NCBI GenBank assembly: GCA_963822945.1
Contig: CAWGJO010000017.1
Coordinates: forward strand, 1-64,000
DNA: 64,000 bases
Origin: an uncultured Gemmatimonadaceae bacterium
GTDB taxonomy: Bacteria; Gemmatimonadota; Gemmatimonadetes; Gemmatimonadales; Gemmatimonadaceae
Direction: 5' to 3'
Position 1 is the first letter of the stretch. The number at the start of each line of letters is the position of its first letter. Shown piece after piece: positions 1 to 10,376 of this stretch. A program made the position numbers and the translations under genes. The notes beneath the pieces are model-generated. The model saw only the letters and a program-made list of their open reading frames with translations, did no database searches and was not told the DNA's origin.

Positions 1-118
1 CCTGCATCATCGGCGCCGTGATCATGAAGATCACGAGCAGCAGCAACATCACGTCGATCAGACTGACGACGTTGATGTCGGCGTTGAGGTCGAGACGGCG
101 GTGTCGGCGGCGGGACAC
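1..118 (-). CDS. tolR: ExbD/TolR family biopolymer transport protein, N-terminal part (runs off the window edge)
   Basis: Manual translation from GTG at 118 gives MSRRRHRRLDLNADINVVSLIDVMLLLLVIFMITAPMMQ, the typical ExbD/TolR TM motif. It abuts the tolQ stop. Confidence 0.85.
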   Translation of the reverse strand, partial: MSRRRHRRLDLNADINVVSLIDVMLLLLVIFMITAPMMQ

Positions 119-869
119 CTAGATGTGCCCCTCGCGCGCCAGCAGCGCGATCACGTCGGTGCTGAAGTTCTCCATCATCCCGTCAATCGATTGAGCTTGT
201 TCGCGAAGATGTTGTACCCGAACGTCGCCGGAATGGCTACGGCCAGCGCCGCCGCGGTGGCGATGAGCGCCTCGGCCACGCCGGGCGCCACGGCGCCCAG
301 GTTCCCCGAGCCCTTGCTCGCAATGCCGAGGAAGGCCTGGATCACGCCGAGCACCGTGCCGAACAGGCCGATCAGCGGGCTCGCCGATCCCGTCGTCGCG
401 AGCCACGGCAGGTACCGGCCGATCCGGTCGCGTTCTTCCGCCGCCTCGGCATCGAGCAGCAACCGGAGCGTCTCGATCTGCGTGGCGGACAGGCGATAGC
501 TCGACCACCCGCCGCCGGCGACGGCTGCTGATTGGCCAGTTCGTAGGCCTGCTGATTGCGAATACGGGTCTCGGACACGAAGTGCATGGCGCGGAGGAAG
601 AGCCGCGGCAGCGCACCCGCCGGCGACCGCTTCACGAGCGCTCCCGCCTCATCGAGGCGCGGCGCATTCTCGAAGGCGTGCTGGAACTTCAGCGCCGCCT
701 TCTCGGCCTTGGCGAGTTGTCGCCAGGCGCCGAACATCACCGCCCAGCTGAGCAGCGACAGCACCGCCAGCACGCCGAGTACGATCTGCGTGCTGATGGT
801 GGCGCTCGTGATCAGGTCGAGCGCGCCGTTGGGCGTCGCGCCGCCAAGTTGCATAGTGCCGAGCATCAT
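119..869 (-). CDS. tolQ: MotA/TolQ/ExbB proton channel protein (two apparent frameshifts, about 186 and 500-530)
   Basis: Three ORF pieces join into one protein: an N-terminal TM helix, LATTGSASPLIGLFGTVLG...APGVAEALIATAAAL, and a C-terminus ending DGMMENFSTDVIALLAREGHI. Confidence 0.85.
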
Positions 870-1843
870 CCGCGGGAAGGACTGGAGGTGGGGGCCTGCT
901 GCGTCGACCAGGCGTACGTGTTCGCCAGGCCCTGCGCCAGCGAGACCGAGGGACGCCAGCCGAGGTCGGCCGCCGCTTTGTCGATCGTGAGAGAGGACTC
1001 CTGGAGCTCGCCGGGACGCGCCGGGGCGAACTCGACGGGCACCGTTCGGCCGGCCGCGGTCATCAGAATCGACGCGAGGTCCACGACCGAGGTCGCGACG
1101 CCCGTTCCGATGTTGAAGGCGCGTGCGTTCATGCCGGCACCCTTCGGCGGGTGGTACTGGCTGGCGCGCAGCATCGCGTCCGCCACGTCGCCCACGTACA
1201 CGTAGTCCCGCGTCTGGTTCCCGTCACCGAAGATGGTGAGCGGCTTGCCCGCATGCAGGCGGCCGCAGAAGATCGCCACCACCCCGGCCTCGCCGTGCGG
1301 ATCCTGCCGCGGTCCATAGACGTTCGAGAAACGCACCGCCACGGCGCGCAGTCCGTGAATCCGCCCGTAGTACGACAGGTACTGCTCCACGCTGTGCTTC
1401 GCGATCGCGTACGGCGAATCGGGCTCCTTGGGCACGTCCTCGGTGTGCGGCGGCACGGCCGCGTCGCCATAGATCGCCCCTCCGGTGGACGCGAAGACCA
1501 CCCGCGTCGTGGGCATCCGCCCAGCCGCCCGCACCGCCTCGAGCAGGTTCAGCGTGCCCAGAATGTTGATGTCCGCATCCAGCACCGGGTTCTCCACGCT
1601 CTTCCGGACATCGATCTGCGCGGCGAGATGCGCGATCACGTCGAATCCGCCGGTGCGCACCAACTCCGCGGCCTCCGGCGACCGGATGTCCAACTCGTGA
1701 AACGCGGCGCGGGCCGGCAGGTTCTCCCGCCGGCCGCTCGACAGATTGTCCAGCACCGTCACCGTGTGCCCTTCGGCCAGGAACCGCTCCGCCACGTGCG
1801 ACCCGATGAATCCGGCACCGCCGGTGACCAGTACACGCTTCAT
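866..1843 (-). CDS. NAD-dependent epimerase/dehydratase (UDP-glucose 4-epimerase-like)
   Basis: TGGAGFIGSH, STGGAIYG, YAIAK and NVYGPRQDPHGEAGVV motifs. Confidence 0.9.
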   Translation of the reverse strand: MKRVLVTGGAGFIGSHVAERFLAEGHTVTVLDNLSSGRRENLPARAAFHELDIRSPEAAELVRTGGFDVIAHLAAQIDVRKSVENPVLDADINILGTLNLLEAVRAAGRMPTTRVVFASTGGAIYGDAAVPPHTEDVPKEPDSPYAIAKHSVEQYLSYYGRIHGLRAVAVRFSNVYGPRQDPHGEAGVVAIFCGRLHAGKPLTIFGDGNQTRDYVYVGDVADAMLRASQYHPPKGAGMNARAFNIGTGVATSVVDLASILMTAAGRTVPVEFAPARPGELQESSLTIDKAAADLGWRPSVSLAQGLANTYAWSTQQAPTSSPSRG

Positions 1844-3147
1844 GTTGCTGACTCCTTCGTCGTGGGTTCTCGTTCATCCGCGGCAGCCGGAGCCGGCGCC
1901 TCGTCGTCCAGCGCGAACAGATACCGCATCGCGTCCACCACACCCAACCCGCGCCCATTGGACGCGGCCGCCCGCAGCCGGACCGAGGGTTCGTGCATGA
2001 ACTTGTTCATCAGGGACTTGGTCAGGTACTCGATCGCGGCCTGCTGCTCGGGCGTGAGGTCGCGCAGCCGCCGCAGGGCCGCGGCCAACTCCGCGTCACG
2101 AACGGCATCCATGCGCGACCGGAAGCTGCGCGACACGGGCACCGCCTCCAGCCCCGACAACCATTCCCAATAGCGGTCCATCTCGGCGTCCAGGATCTGC
2201 TCGGCAGCCGGCAACTGGCCGCGACGCCGATCCAGGTTCGATTGGATCACCTGCTGCAGATTGTCGAGATCGTACAGAAAGACGTTGGTGAGCGTGCCGA
2301 CCGCCGGTTCCACGTCGCGCGGCACCGCGATGTCGAGGATGCAGAGCGGACGATCGCCGCGTTTGGCCACGGCCTCGCGCACGCGCTCCGCCGTCACCAC
2401 CGGATGCGGGGACGCCGTGGACGAGAGCACGAGATCCACGTCCGGCAACTCGCGCCAGCATTCGTCGAAATGGATGGCCCGCGCCTGATGCTTGGCCGCC
2501 AGCTCCATGGCGTGGGCATGGGTCCGATTGGCCACGACGGACGCGTGCACCCCCTCGTCGACGAGGCATTCGAGTGCCAGAGCCGCCATCTCGCCGGCTC
2601 CGAGCACCATCGCCCGCCGACCACGAAGCGTCCCGAAGATCTGTTTGGCCAACTGCACGGCGGCAGAACTCACCGACGCGGCGCCGCGGGCCACGGCCGT
2701 CTCCTCCCGCACACGCCCTGATGCCGAGAGGGCGGTCTGGAACAGTCGATTGAGCGCGACCCCCGACTCGCCGCGGCATTGCTCCCACGCGTCCCGCACC
2801 TGGCCATGGATCTGCGCCTCGCCAAGGACCATCGAGTCGAGCCCCGACGCCACACGGAACAGGTGGCCGACCGCCTCGCGATCCCGCCGCACGTAACCAT
2901 ACACGCTGGCGTCGGCGCCCAACCGCGCGCTGAATTCCGCCCACACCGCGGGCGCGGCCTCCGCCTCCCCTTCGACCAGGTAGACCTCCGTGCGGTTGCA
3001 CGTGGAGAGCATCACGCCCTCCACCGCGCCCGACGCGTGGCGCATCCGCTCCAGCGCCGGCCCCATTTCCGCAGGCCGGAAAGTCAGCCGCTCGCGCACG
3101 TCCAGCGCCGCGGTACGGTGGCTGATGCCGGCGACGATCACTGCCAC
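1840..3147 (-). CDS. hemA: Glutamyl-tRNA reductase
   Basis: STCNRTE, HLFRVASGLDSMVLGEAQI, GAGEMA and DIAVPRD motifs. Start placed at GTG 3147. Confidence 0.95.
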   Translation of the reverse strand: MAVIVAGISHRTAALDVRERLTFRPAEMGPALERMRHASGAVEGVMLSTCNRTEVYLVEGEAEAAPAVWAEFSARLGADASVYGYVRRDREAVGHLFRVASGLDSMVLGEAQIHGQVRDAWEQCRGESGVALNRLFQTALSASGRVREETAVARGAASVSSAAVQLAKQIFGTLRGRRAMVLGAGEMAALALECLVDEGVHASVVANRTHAHAMELAAKHQARAIHFDECWRELPDVDLVLSSTASPHPVVTAERVREAVAKRGDRPLCILDIAVPRDVEPAVGTLTNVFLYDLDNLQQVIQSNLDRRRGQLPAAEQILDAEMDRYWEWLSGLEAVPVSRSFRSRMDAVRDAELAAALRRLRDLTPEQQAAIEYLTKSLMNKFMHEPSVRLRAAASNGRGLGVVDAMRYLFALDDEAPAPAAADEREPTTKESAT

Positions 3148-3749
3148 GCGGCCAGCCTCCGGGCGAACGACCCGCGCTCGATCGACCGGCACACGTCGTC
3201 GTCGAGCAGCGACTCGACGGCGTCGGCCCACCGCGCCTCGTCGCCGCGCGCGAGCAACCGCCCGCGCAGCGCGAGGAGTCCGTCAATGGCGCCCGCATAC
3301 GCCGGGCCGATCTGCTCGGCCAGCCGGTCGCGGACGCGCCGGGCCATGGGATCGAGCGCATCGGCGGACACCGCGACCGTCAGCGCGCCCGCTCGGACGG
3401 TCTCCGGGCTCGTGAACGTGCTCGCATCCGGAGCACCGGCGACGTTCACCAGGCGGCCCGCCGCCTCCGCCAACTCGGCGATCCGTGCGTTGAGGAGGGC
3501 GTCGTCGGTGGCCGCGTAGACGATCGTGGCCCAGGCCACGTCATCGGGCACGTAGCCGCGGACTTCGAGCGTCGTCGACGGGGCGCCGTCCACCAGGGCG
3601 CGCATCTGCGCCCCCGGCTGGGGGTCCACGACGCGGACGAAGGCGCCCGACGCGCCCGCCGCGCTCGCCTCCCGCATCGCCGCCGACCCGCCGCCGAGGA
3701 CCAGCACGCGAACGCGTCGCGCGTTGATGGTCACCGGAAGCCCGCTCAA
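3138..3749 (-). CDS. Precorrin-2 dehydrogenase/sirohydrochlorin ferrochelatase-like protein (CysG N-terminal/SirC/Met8 family), degenerate motifs
   Basis: LPVTINARRVRVLVLGGG, YAATDDALLN and VNVAGAPDASTFTSP. TTG start at 3749 overlaps the ccsA stop. Confidence 0.75.
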   Translation of the reverse strand: MSGLPVTINARRVRVLVLGGGSAAMREASAAGASGAFVRVVDPQPGAQMRALVDGAPSTTLEVRGYVPDDVAWATIVYAATDDALLNARIAELAEAAGRLVNVAGAPDASTFTSPETVRAGALTVAVSADALDPMARRVRDRLAEQIGPAYAGAIDGLLALRGRLLARGDEARWADAVESLLDDDVCRSIERGSFARRLAAWQ

Positions 3750-4552
3750 TGGAACTTCCCCGCGACCGGCCCGGCCACGCGCAGCGCCACGTAGAGCAGC
3801 ACCACGATCGTGAACGAGACGCTCGACCAGAGCGCCGCCCGATGCGCCTGCCATCCGCGCACGGCGCGGCCCAGCGCGACGGCGCTGACGCCCAACCAGG
3901 CCGCAATTCCCCACGCCAACTGCTCCGGACGCATGCCGCCGTACTCGAGCGAGTAAGCCACGGCGAGTACGACCCCCACCGTCAGCCCCAGCCACCCGGC
4001 CAGCGCCGCGAGGTGGTTCACGCGATCCAACGTCGCCAACGGGGGGAACATGCGAAACATGGCGTCGAATCTCCCGGACTTCAGTTCGCGCCGCTCGATC
4101 AGGTACATCACCCCTGCTACGGCCGCCGTGCCGAACGCCGCGATCCCGACGAAGCTGAGCGCGATGTGCGACACGAGCCACGCCCCCTGCACTCCCGTCG
4201 GCTCCGTCGCATGGTGAAAGCCGATGATCGTGGCGATCGCGGTCGGCACCGCCGCCATCGGCGCCGCGACGAGCGTGAGACTCACGTCGTGCGCGAGCAC
4301 CTCGACCACCAGCAACGTCGCGGCGAGCACGAGCCCGGCCAGCGAGAGCGACGGCCCGAGCCCGGCAACGTAGACATGCCCCGCCTGCACGGCGAGCGCG
4401 ATGAGCACGGCGAGGTGCACCATGACGCCGGCGCCGAGCAACGCCAGCACGCGCCGTTTCAGTCCATTCATCGGACGCGCGAACGCCGTCGCCGCCAGGG
4501 CGGCGGCGGCGAGGTACAGACCGATGGCGAGGAAATGGGCGGTCGCGATCAT
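3746..4552 (-). CDS. Cytochrome c assembly protein (CcsA/HemX family)
   Basis: About 8 TM helices; WLVSHI, ERRELK and PPLATLDRVN segments; lies upstream of hemA. Confidence 0.85.
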   Translation of the reverse strand: MIATAHFLAIGLYLAAAALAATAFARPMNGLKRRVLALLGAGVMVHLAVLIALAVQAGHVYVAGLGPSLSLAGLVLAATLLVVEVLAHDVSLTLVAAPMAAVPTAIATIIGFHHATEPTGVQGAWLVSHIALSFVGIAAFGTAAVAGVMYLIERRELKSGRFDAMFRMFPPLATLDRVNHLAALAGWLGLTVGVVLAVAYSLEYGGMRPEQLAWGIAAWLGVSAVALGRAVRGWQAHRAALWSSVSFTIVVLLYVALRVAGPVAGKFH

Positions 4553-4609
4553 TGCGCTCGCCCAAATCTAATCCCGGGAAGCCGTTAGGGCATCATCGAC
4601 GACGCGCCG

Positions 4610-5835
4610 CTACGGCATCTTCGCCGAAACACGCGCCACCATCCCCACGTTGAGCGCCGGCTGCGACTGGGAGATGATCAAGGCCGTGGTCCCGTACGGC
4701 GTCACCTTGATGGCCTGGGCGCGACCGATCAGGATCTCCGGATCGGCCGGCTCGGTCGAGTTCCCCGAGGTCTGCCTGGCGCGGAACACGTCGAATTCGT
4801 CGCCCGGCTTCACACCGTCGGTCGAGGAAATGTCCAGCACGGCGTAGTTCTGCATGGTCGGCAGAACGGGTGAGGACAGAATCCAGGTGATGGACGCCCA
4901 GCGGCCGCCTTCCACGGGCGTCGGCCGCGTGGTCGTGCCGACTTCGGTCGTGTCCAGCGGAACCAGGACCTGATCGGGGTGCATCTCTCCGAATAGCTGC
5001 ACGACCGTCGCCACGCCCGCCGTGCCGCCGGCAGGCGGCTGTTTGACCTCGACGACGCCGGTGGGCACCATGACCCGCCCCTGGCCCGGCAATTCATCCG
5101 CCTTGCGCAGGACGACGAAACGGTCGCCCGGTTTGGCCGCGGCGTCTCCGGACAGCGTGATCAGGACGTTGTCGTAGGGCTGGAAGATCGAGGTCGACGA
5201 GATGTCTCCGTTCGGGTCCAGATCCGCCGATTTGATGATGCGGCCTACGCCCGACGTGCCACGATCCGTGAGGACGTACGGCGCCCGCACGTACTCACCG
5301 ACGCGCACCGTGGGGAACACGGGAGCCTTCTCCGTTCCCTCCGCTTCCGTGGTCGCCGTGGCGGGCTCCCGGGGGTGAACACCGTCGAACGGTTCATCGC
5401 GTTGAGTTCCTGCTCCGACGTCAGCGCGGGCTTCGCGCCGGCGCCCGCCTTGGCGGTCGTATCGGCCGCCCCGGCCAGCGTGTCCGCCTTCATCCCGGTG
5501 TCCGCGCCGACCGCGGAAACCGCGGGTGCCCCGCCCGGGGGCGCCATGGTGACCGTGACGCCCAGGACCGTGCCCGAGCCGGGGATGCGCAGCGTCTGGC
5601 CCGGATAGATCCAGTGCGGATCGGCGATCAGCGACTTGTTCAGGTTGTAGATCTCGGGCCAGCGGAACGGGTCCGAGAGATACTGTTGCGCCAGGCCCCA
5701 GAGCGTCTCGCCCTTGACCACGGTGTGGGTCTGGGTGACGGTGTCGGCCTTGGCCGGTTGCTGCGCCGCAAGCACGGTGGGGAGCGCGCCGATCGACGCG
5801 GCCACGAGGAGTGTGCGAAGGGTCGGATTTCGCAT
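4610..5835 (-). CDS. Secreted LysM peptidoglycan-binding protein (apparent frameshift near 5370)
   Basis: Signal peptide followed by HTVVKGETLWGLAQQYLSDPFRWPEIYNLN...DPHWIYPGQTLRIP. A beta-rich C-terminal part continues in another frame after a G run. Confidence 0.8.
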
Positions 5836-5992
5836 AATGCCGATGGTGTGCTCCCTGCTCGCGGGCCGGTGGGTCGCGCGAACAGCTCCAGGGAAGTGAC
5901 GTGATCCGCGCCGGGGCACCCAGCGCCCCGCGCGAGGCATCGGCGATGCAGGGCACCGCCGCTCGGGGATGACGACTTGGCGCTACAAATGG

Positions 5993-6032
5993 AAACGGGG
6001 CCCCGGGACGGCAAATGCCCCGGGGCCCCGTG
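5993..6032 (-). terminator. GC-rich hairpin downstream of ssb, probable intrinsic terminator
   Basis: ACGGGGCCCCGGG...CCCGGGGCCCCGT inverted repeat with a short T tail on the minus strand. Confidence 0.65.
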
Positions 6033-6046
6033 CTGACGAGCCGATG

Positions 6047-6535
6047 TTAGAACGGCAGGTCGTCGTCCTGGTCCTGCAGCGCTTCCGGGAAGTCCTCGAA
6101 GGCCTCGCCGTTCCCCGCCGTTGCCTTGGCAGGCGCGGGCTGCGAACGGTTGGCCCGCGGGGCGCTGCTCCCGTCGGAATCGCCCCCGCGCGGCGAACTG
6201 AGCATGATCAGCTCCCGCACGTTGATCTCCGTCGTGTACCGCGTCTGGCCTTCCTTGTCCTGCCACTGGCGGTATTCGATGCGTCCCTCGACATACAGCT
6301 TGTCACCCTTGTGGACGTACTTTTCCACAATGTCGGCAAGCTGCGACGACTTGCTGTTCCACACCACGCAGCGGTGCCACTCGGTCTTCTCCTGGCGCTC
6401 TCCGGACGCGCTGCTCCACGAGCGGCTGGTGGCCAACGAGAAGGTGGCAACCCGGTTGCCTCCCGTGGTCGATCGCACTTCGGGATCGCTGCCGAGGTTC
6501 CCGATCAGCGTCACCTTGTTCAAGCTCCGGCTCAC
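6047..6535 (-). CDS. ssb: Single-stranded DNA-binding protein
   Basis: SLNKVTLIGNLGSDPE, TEWH and an acidic DDDLPF tail. AGGAGG precedes GTG 6535. Confidence 0.97.
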   Translation of the reverse strand: MSRSLNKVTLIGNLGSDPEVRSTTGGNRVATFSLATSRSWSSASGERQEKTEWHRCVVWNSKSSQLADIVEKYVHKGDKLYVEGRIEYRQWQDKEGQTRYTTEINVRELIMLSSPRGGDSDGSSAPRANRSQPAPAKATAGNGEAFEDFPEALQDQDDDLPF

Positions 6536-6650
6536 AATTCCTCCTGGCGAGATATGGTTGATCTCCTCGCCGCACATGATGTCCAATCCAGTTGATCTCT
6601 ACATAACCAAATCGCTACAGCACACACACTTCCATTGCAGACACGAGACA

Positions 6651-7112
6651 CTACGTGAGCCCCGGCCCAACCATTCGGCGAAGGATAAGTGCGTCCTCCG
6701 CCGGACGCCGATAATACCCCGGCCGACGTCCAACTTCCTCGAATCCGCGGGAGCCATAGAGGCGGCGGGCCTCCGCATTGGACTCCCGAACCTCGAGGTA
6801 CAACCGCTCCACTCCCCGCCCGGATGCCTCGCCGAGAATCGCGTCGACCAGTCCGCCCCCGATCCCACGGTCCCTGAATTCCGGCGCGACGGCCAGGTTG
6901 GCGATCTCGCCCTCGTCGCCGGCCAAGATGGCCACAACATAACCGACCACGGGGGTCCCGGCATCCTCCCGCACCACGAGGAACAGGACATGGTCACGGC
7001 CGAGCAGTCCGGCAAAGGCCGTTGCGGGCCATGGATCGGAGAACGCCAACTGCTCGATGGCCGCCACACGCGGTACATCCTCGACCACCGCCTGTTCGAT
7101 GAGCACGGTCAT
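6651..7112 (-). CDS. rimI: Ribosomal protein alanine N-acetyltransferase (GNAT)
   Basis: IANLAVAPEFRDRGIG and LEVRESN..A..LY...GF motifs; next to tsaB. Confidence 0.9.
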   Translation of the reverse strand: MTVLIEQAVVEDVPRVAAIEQLAFSDPWPATAFAGLLGRDHVLFLVVREDAGTPVVGYVVAILAGDEGEIANLAVAPEFRDRGIGGGLVDAILGEASGRGVERLYLEVRESNAEARRLYGSRGFEEVGRRPGYYRRPAEDALILRRMVGPGLT

Positions 7113-7768
7113 CCCTCGGAGAGCGGCCGCCCGTGAGCCGCCTCCCAGCGCACCTGTGCCTCAGCCAATCGCCCGTAACCGGGTTCCCACGTGGCCAGGT
7201 TCACCGCGTCGCCATACGCCGCCGCGAGGCGGGCCACGCCCCGGGCGTGCGGGGCAGCGTCGATCTCGCCGCCGCGTCCGACGGTGACCGCGCCTGCCGC
7301 GCCCGCGGCCGCGGCGATGTCCCCGTTCGCCACCAGGATCGGCTCCCCGGCCGCGGCCACGCCAGCCGGTGCTTCCCCGACCTCGACCAACTGCGCGTAG
7401 GCCTCGTCGCGCAGGGCATCCAACACGGCGAGATACCGGCCGGCGCCCGGCAGGGGGTCCAGCCCCGCCACCATCAGCACCAACGACGAGACCGCGTGCA
7501 GCGGCACCGCCCGCCCGAACGCGATCCCCTTGGCGATGGACGCGGCGATGCGGAGGCTGGTGAAGCTTCCAGGGCCCGCGCCGCACACCACCAAATCGAG
7601 ATCGCCGGGTCCGACGCCGGCGGCAGAGAGCGCGTCCGCGACGGCCGGCATGAGCCGCTCCACCCGCGCCCCACGCATCGCCGTCTCGCGCGAAGCCACC
7701 ACGACCCGGTCGCGCAGCACGGCAACGGTGCCGGTGTACGTCGACGCATCCAGCGCGAGGACGTTCAC
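7109..7768 (-). CDS. tsaB: tRNA threonylcarbamoyladenosine biosynthesis protein TsaB
   Basis: LALDAS and GPGSFTSLRI motifs. Confidence 0.92.
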   Translation of the reverse strand: MNVLALDASTYTGTVAVLRDRVVVASRETAMRGARVERLMPAVADALSAAGVGPGDLDLVVCGAGPGSFTSLRIAASIAKGIAFGRAVPLHAVSSLVLMVAGLDPLPGAGRYLAVLDALRDEAYAQLVEVGEAPAGVAAAGEPILVANGDIAAAAGAAGAVTVGRGGEIDAAPHARGVARLAAAYGDAVNLATWEPGYGRLAEAQVRWEAAHGRPLSEG

Positions 7769-8253
7769 GACTCCGCTCCCCCTCCCGCCCCCGCCCCGTC
7801 AACGTGCAGGACACGCACGTCCGGCGAGTCGTTCTGATGCGACAGCGCCAGGCGCACGGCCGACGCCGGGAACCGGTCCCCCGCCCGGTCGGGCCACTCC
7901 ACCAGCACGAGCGCGCGGTCGCTCAGGATGTCGTCCCAGCCGAGGTTGGTCAGGTCTCGCGGCCCCGCCAGGCGGTAGAGGTCCAGATGGTATACCGGCG
8001 CATCCGGGGCCTCGTACTGGTGGACGAGGGCGAATGTCGGACTCGTCACGTCCTCCGTCACCCCAAAGCCGCGGCAGATGGCCCGCGCGAGCGTCGTCTT
8101 GCCGGCTCCGAGTTCTCCCTCGAGCGCGAGGACCAGCGGCGCGCGACAGGTGCGCCCGAACTGCTCGCCCCAGGCGGCCAGTTCGGCTTCGGTGAGCCGG
8201 AGCCCCTCCGAGCCGGAGTGAGACGACGGCACGCGGCGCTCAGCGAGCGGCAC
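7765..8253 (-). CDS. tsaE: tRNA threonylcarbamoyladenosine biosynthesis ATPase TsaE
   Basis: [22 protein letters not shown] and VEW motifs. Confidence 0.95.
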   Translation of the reverse strand: MPLAERRVPSSHSGSEGLRLTEAELAAWGEQFGRTCRAPLVLALEGELGAGKTTLARAICRGFGVTEDVTSPTFALVHQYEAPDAPVYHLDLYRLAGPRDLTNLGWDDILSDRALVLVEWPDRAGDRFPASAVRLALSHQNDSPDVRVLHVDGAGAGGGAES

Positions 8254-10294
8254 GGCGGCCGCGCGAATGGGCCGCGGATGCCGGGGCGCCCGCCGTCTGC
8301 CGGGACCGGCGCGCCCGCACTTCGAACAGCTGGTCGCGCAGTTGCGCGGCGAGCTCGAAGTCCATCTCCCGGGACGCCACCCGCATCTGCTCCTCGAGCA
8401 TCGCCTCCAGCGCCTCGGGCTCCATCACGTCGTATCCGCTCTCCGGTTCCGCCACCTTTCGTTCGTCGTCGCGCACGGCGCGTGCATCGGCCACGCGAGT
8501 GCTGAAGCGCACCTGATCGATGCTCTTCACCACCGACTGGGGCGTGATGCCATGCTCCACGTTGTACGCCATCTGCAATTCCCGCCGCCGCCCCGTCTCG
8601 TCCAGGCAGCGCTGCATGGACCCGGTGACGCGGTCGGCGTAGAAGATCGCCCGCCCCGACGCGTGCCGCGCCGCGCGCCCCACCGTCTGGATCAGCGAAC
8701 GGTCGCTGCGGAGGAACCCTTCCTGGTCGGCGTCGAGAATGGCCACGAGCGAGACTTCGGGCAGATCCAGTCCCTCGCGCAGCAGGTTGATCCCGACCAG
8801 CACGTCGAACTCCCCCAGTCGGAGGCCGCGCACGATCTCCATGCGTTCGATGGCATCGATATCCGAGTGCATGTATCGCACCCGGACCCCGACCTGCTGG
8901 AGATAGTCCGTGAGGTCCTCGGCCATGCGCTTGGTCAGGGTGGTGACCAGCACGCGTTCGCCGCGCCGTTCCCGGAGCCGGATCTCTCCCAGCAGATCGT
9001 CCACCTGGCCGCGCACGGGACGGACCTCGATCTCCGGATCGAGCAGCCCGGTCGGACGGATGATCTGCTCGACCACGATGCCCTCGGACAGCCGCAATTC
9101 GAGTTCGCCCGGCGTTGCCGAGACGAACAGCGCGCGCGGCGTGAGCGAGAGGAATTCGTCGAACATCAGCGGCCGGTTGTCGAGCGCGCTGGGCAGCCGA
9201 AACCCGTAGTCCACCAGGGTGAGCTTGCGGGCCCGATCGCCATTGAACATCCCGCCGATCTGCGGCAGTGAGACGTGCGATTCGTCGACGACGACGAGGA
9301 AATCCTCGGGGAAGTAGTCGAACAGGCAGGCCGGCCGTTCGCCCTCCGCGCGTCCGGCGAGGTGCCGCGAGTAGTTCTCGATCCCCGCGCACGTGCCGAT
9401 CTCGAGCATCATCTCGATGTCGAAGTTGGTGCGCGATTCGAGCCGCTGCGCTTCCAGCAGCTTCCCCGCCTCGCGGAGCACCGCCAGCCGCTGCGACAGT
9501 TCCTCGCGAATCAGCCCCACCGCGCGCTCGAGCGTCGAGCGCTGCGTCACGAAATGCTTGGCCGGGTACACCGCGGCCCGTTCCAGCAGCGCGATCGTCT
9601 CGCCGGTGAGCGCGTCGATCTTCGAGATCCGCTCGATCTCGTCCCCCCACATCTCGATGCGCACTCCCTGCTCCTCGTACGCCGGAAGCACCTCCACCGT
9701 GTCGCCGCGCACGCGGAACGTCCCCCGTTCGAACGCCACGTCGTTCCGGTGGTACTGGATCTTCACGAGCGCGCGCAGGATGTCGTCGCGCGCGATCCGC
9801 TGCCCGGTGGCGAGCGTGAGCATCTGCTCCCGGTACTGCACCGGGTCGCCGAGTCCGTAGATCGCCGAGACCGTCGCGACGATGATCACGTCTTCGCGCT
9901 CCATCAGGCTGGAGGTCGCGCGCAGCCGCAGGCGATCGATGTCCTCGTTGATCGAGGCGTCCTTCTCGATGTACGTGTCCGTGGTCGGCACGTACGCTTC
10001 CGGCTGGTAGTAGTCGTAGTACGAGATGAAGTACTCGACCGCGTTGTGCGGGAAGAAGCTCTTCAGTTCGCCGTAGAGCTGGGCGGCGAGCGTCTTGTTG
10101 TGGGAAAGCACGAGCGTCGGGCGGCCGAAATCCCGAATCACGTGGGCCACGCTCATCGTCTTGCCCGACCCGGTGACGCCGAGCAGCGTCTGAAACCGGT
10201 CGCCGCGCGCGAGCCCCGCCGACAGCTCGGCGATCGCCTTGGGCTGATCGCCCGCCGGAGCGAACGGGGACTGGAGGTCGAAGACGGCGGCCAT
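8240..10294 (-). CDS. uvrB: Excinuclease ABC subunit B
   Basis: [36 protein letters not shown] and a C-terminal UVR domain. Confidence 0.98.
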   Translation of the reverse strand: MAAVFDLQSPFAPAGDQPKAIAELSAGLARGDRFQTLLGVTGSGKTMSVAHVIRDFGRPTLVLSHNKTLAAQLYGELKSFFPHNAVEYFISYYDYYQPEAYVPTTDTYIEKDASINEDIDRLRLRATSSLMEREDVIIVATVSAIYGLGDPVQYREQMLTLATGQRIARDDILRALVKIQYHRNDVAFERGTFRVRGDTVEVLPAYEEQGVRIEMWGDEIERISKIDALTGETIALLERAAVYPAKHFVTQRSTLERAVGLIREELSQRLAVLREAGKLLEAQRLESRTNFDIEMMLEIGTCAGIENYSRHLAGRAEGERPACLFDYFPEDFLVVVDESHVSLPQIGGMFNGDRARKLTLVDYGFRLPSALDNRPLMFDEFLSLTPRALFVSATPGELELRLSEGIVVEQIIRPTGLLDPEIEVRPVRGQVDDLLGEIRLRERRGERVLVTTLTKRMAEDLTDYLQQVGVRVRYMHSDIDAIERMEIVRGLRLGEFDVLVGINLLREGLDLPEVSLVAILDADQEGFLRSDRSLIQTVGRAARHASGRAIFYADRVTGSMQRCLDETGRRRELQMAYNVEHGITPQSVVKSIDQVRFSTRVADARAVRDDERKVAEPESGYDVMEPEALEAMLEEQMRVASREMDFELAAQLRDQLFEVRARRSRQTAGAPASAAHSRGRRAAR

Positions 10295-10376
10295 GGAGCC
10301 GGAATCTATAGTTTCGGGGTCTGTTCGGGAAGCGGCAGTTCGGACGGTCGGCCGGTTGTCCCCTGCCGCCTGCTTC

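Noticed and set aside
3138..4565. Long N-terminal extensions in the ORF track (also 24152-25591, 34308-36158, 53317-56079 and 56206-59154)
   Set aside because: The extensions are Arg/Gly-rich off-frame translations of the upstream genes. The real starts lie at the gene junctions.
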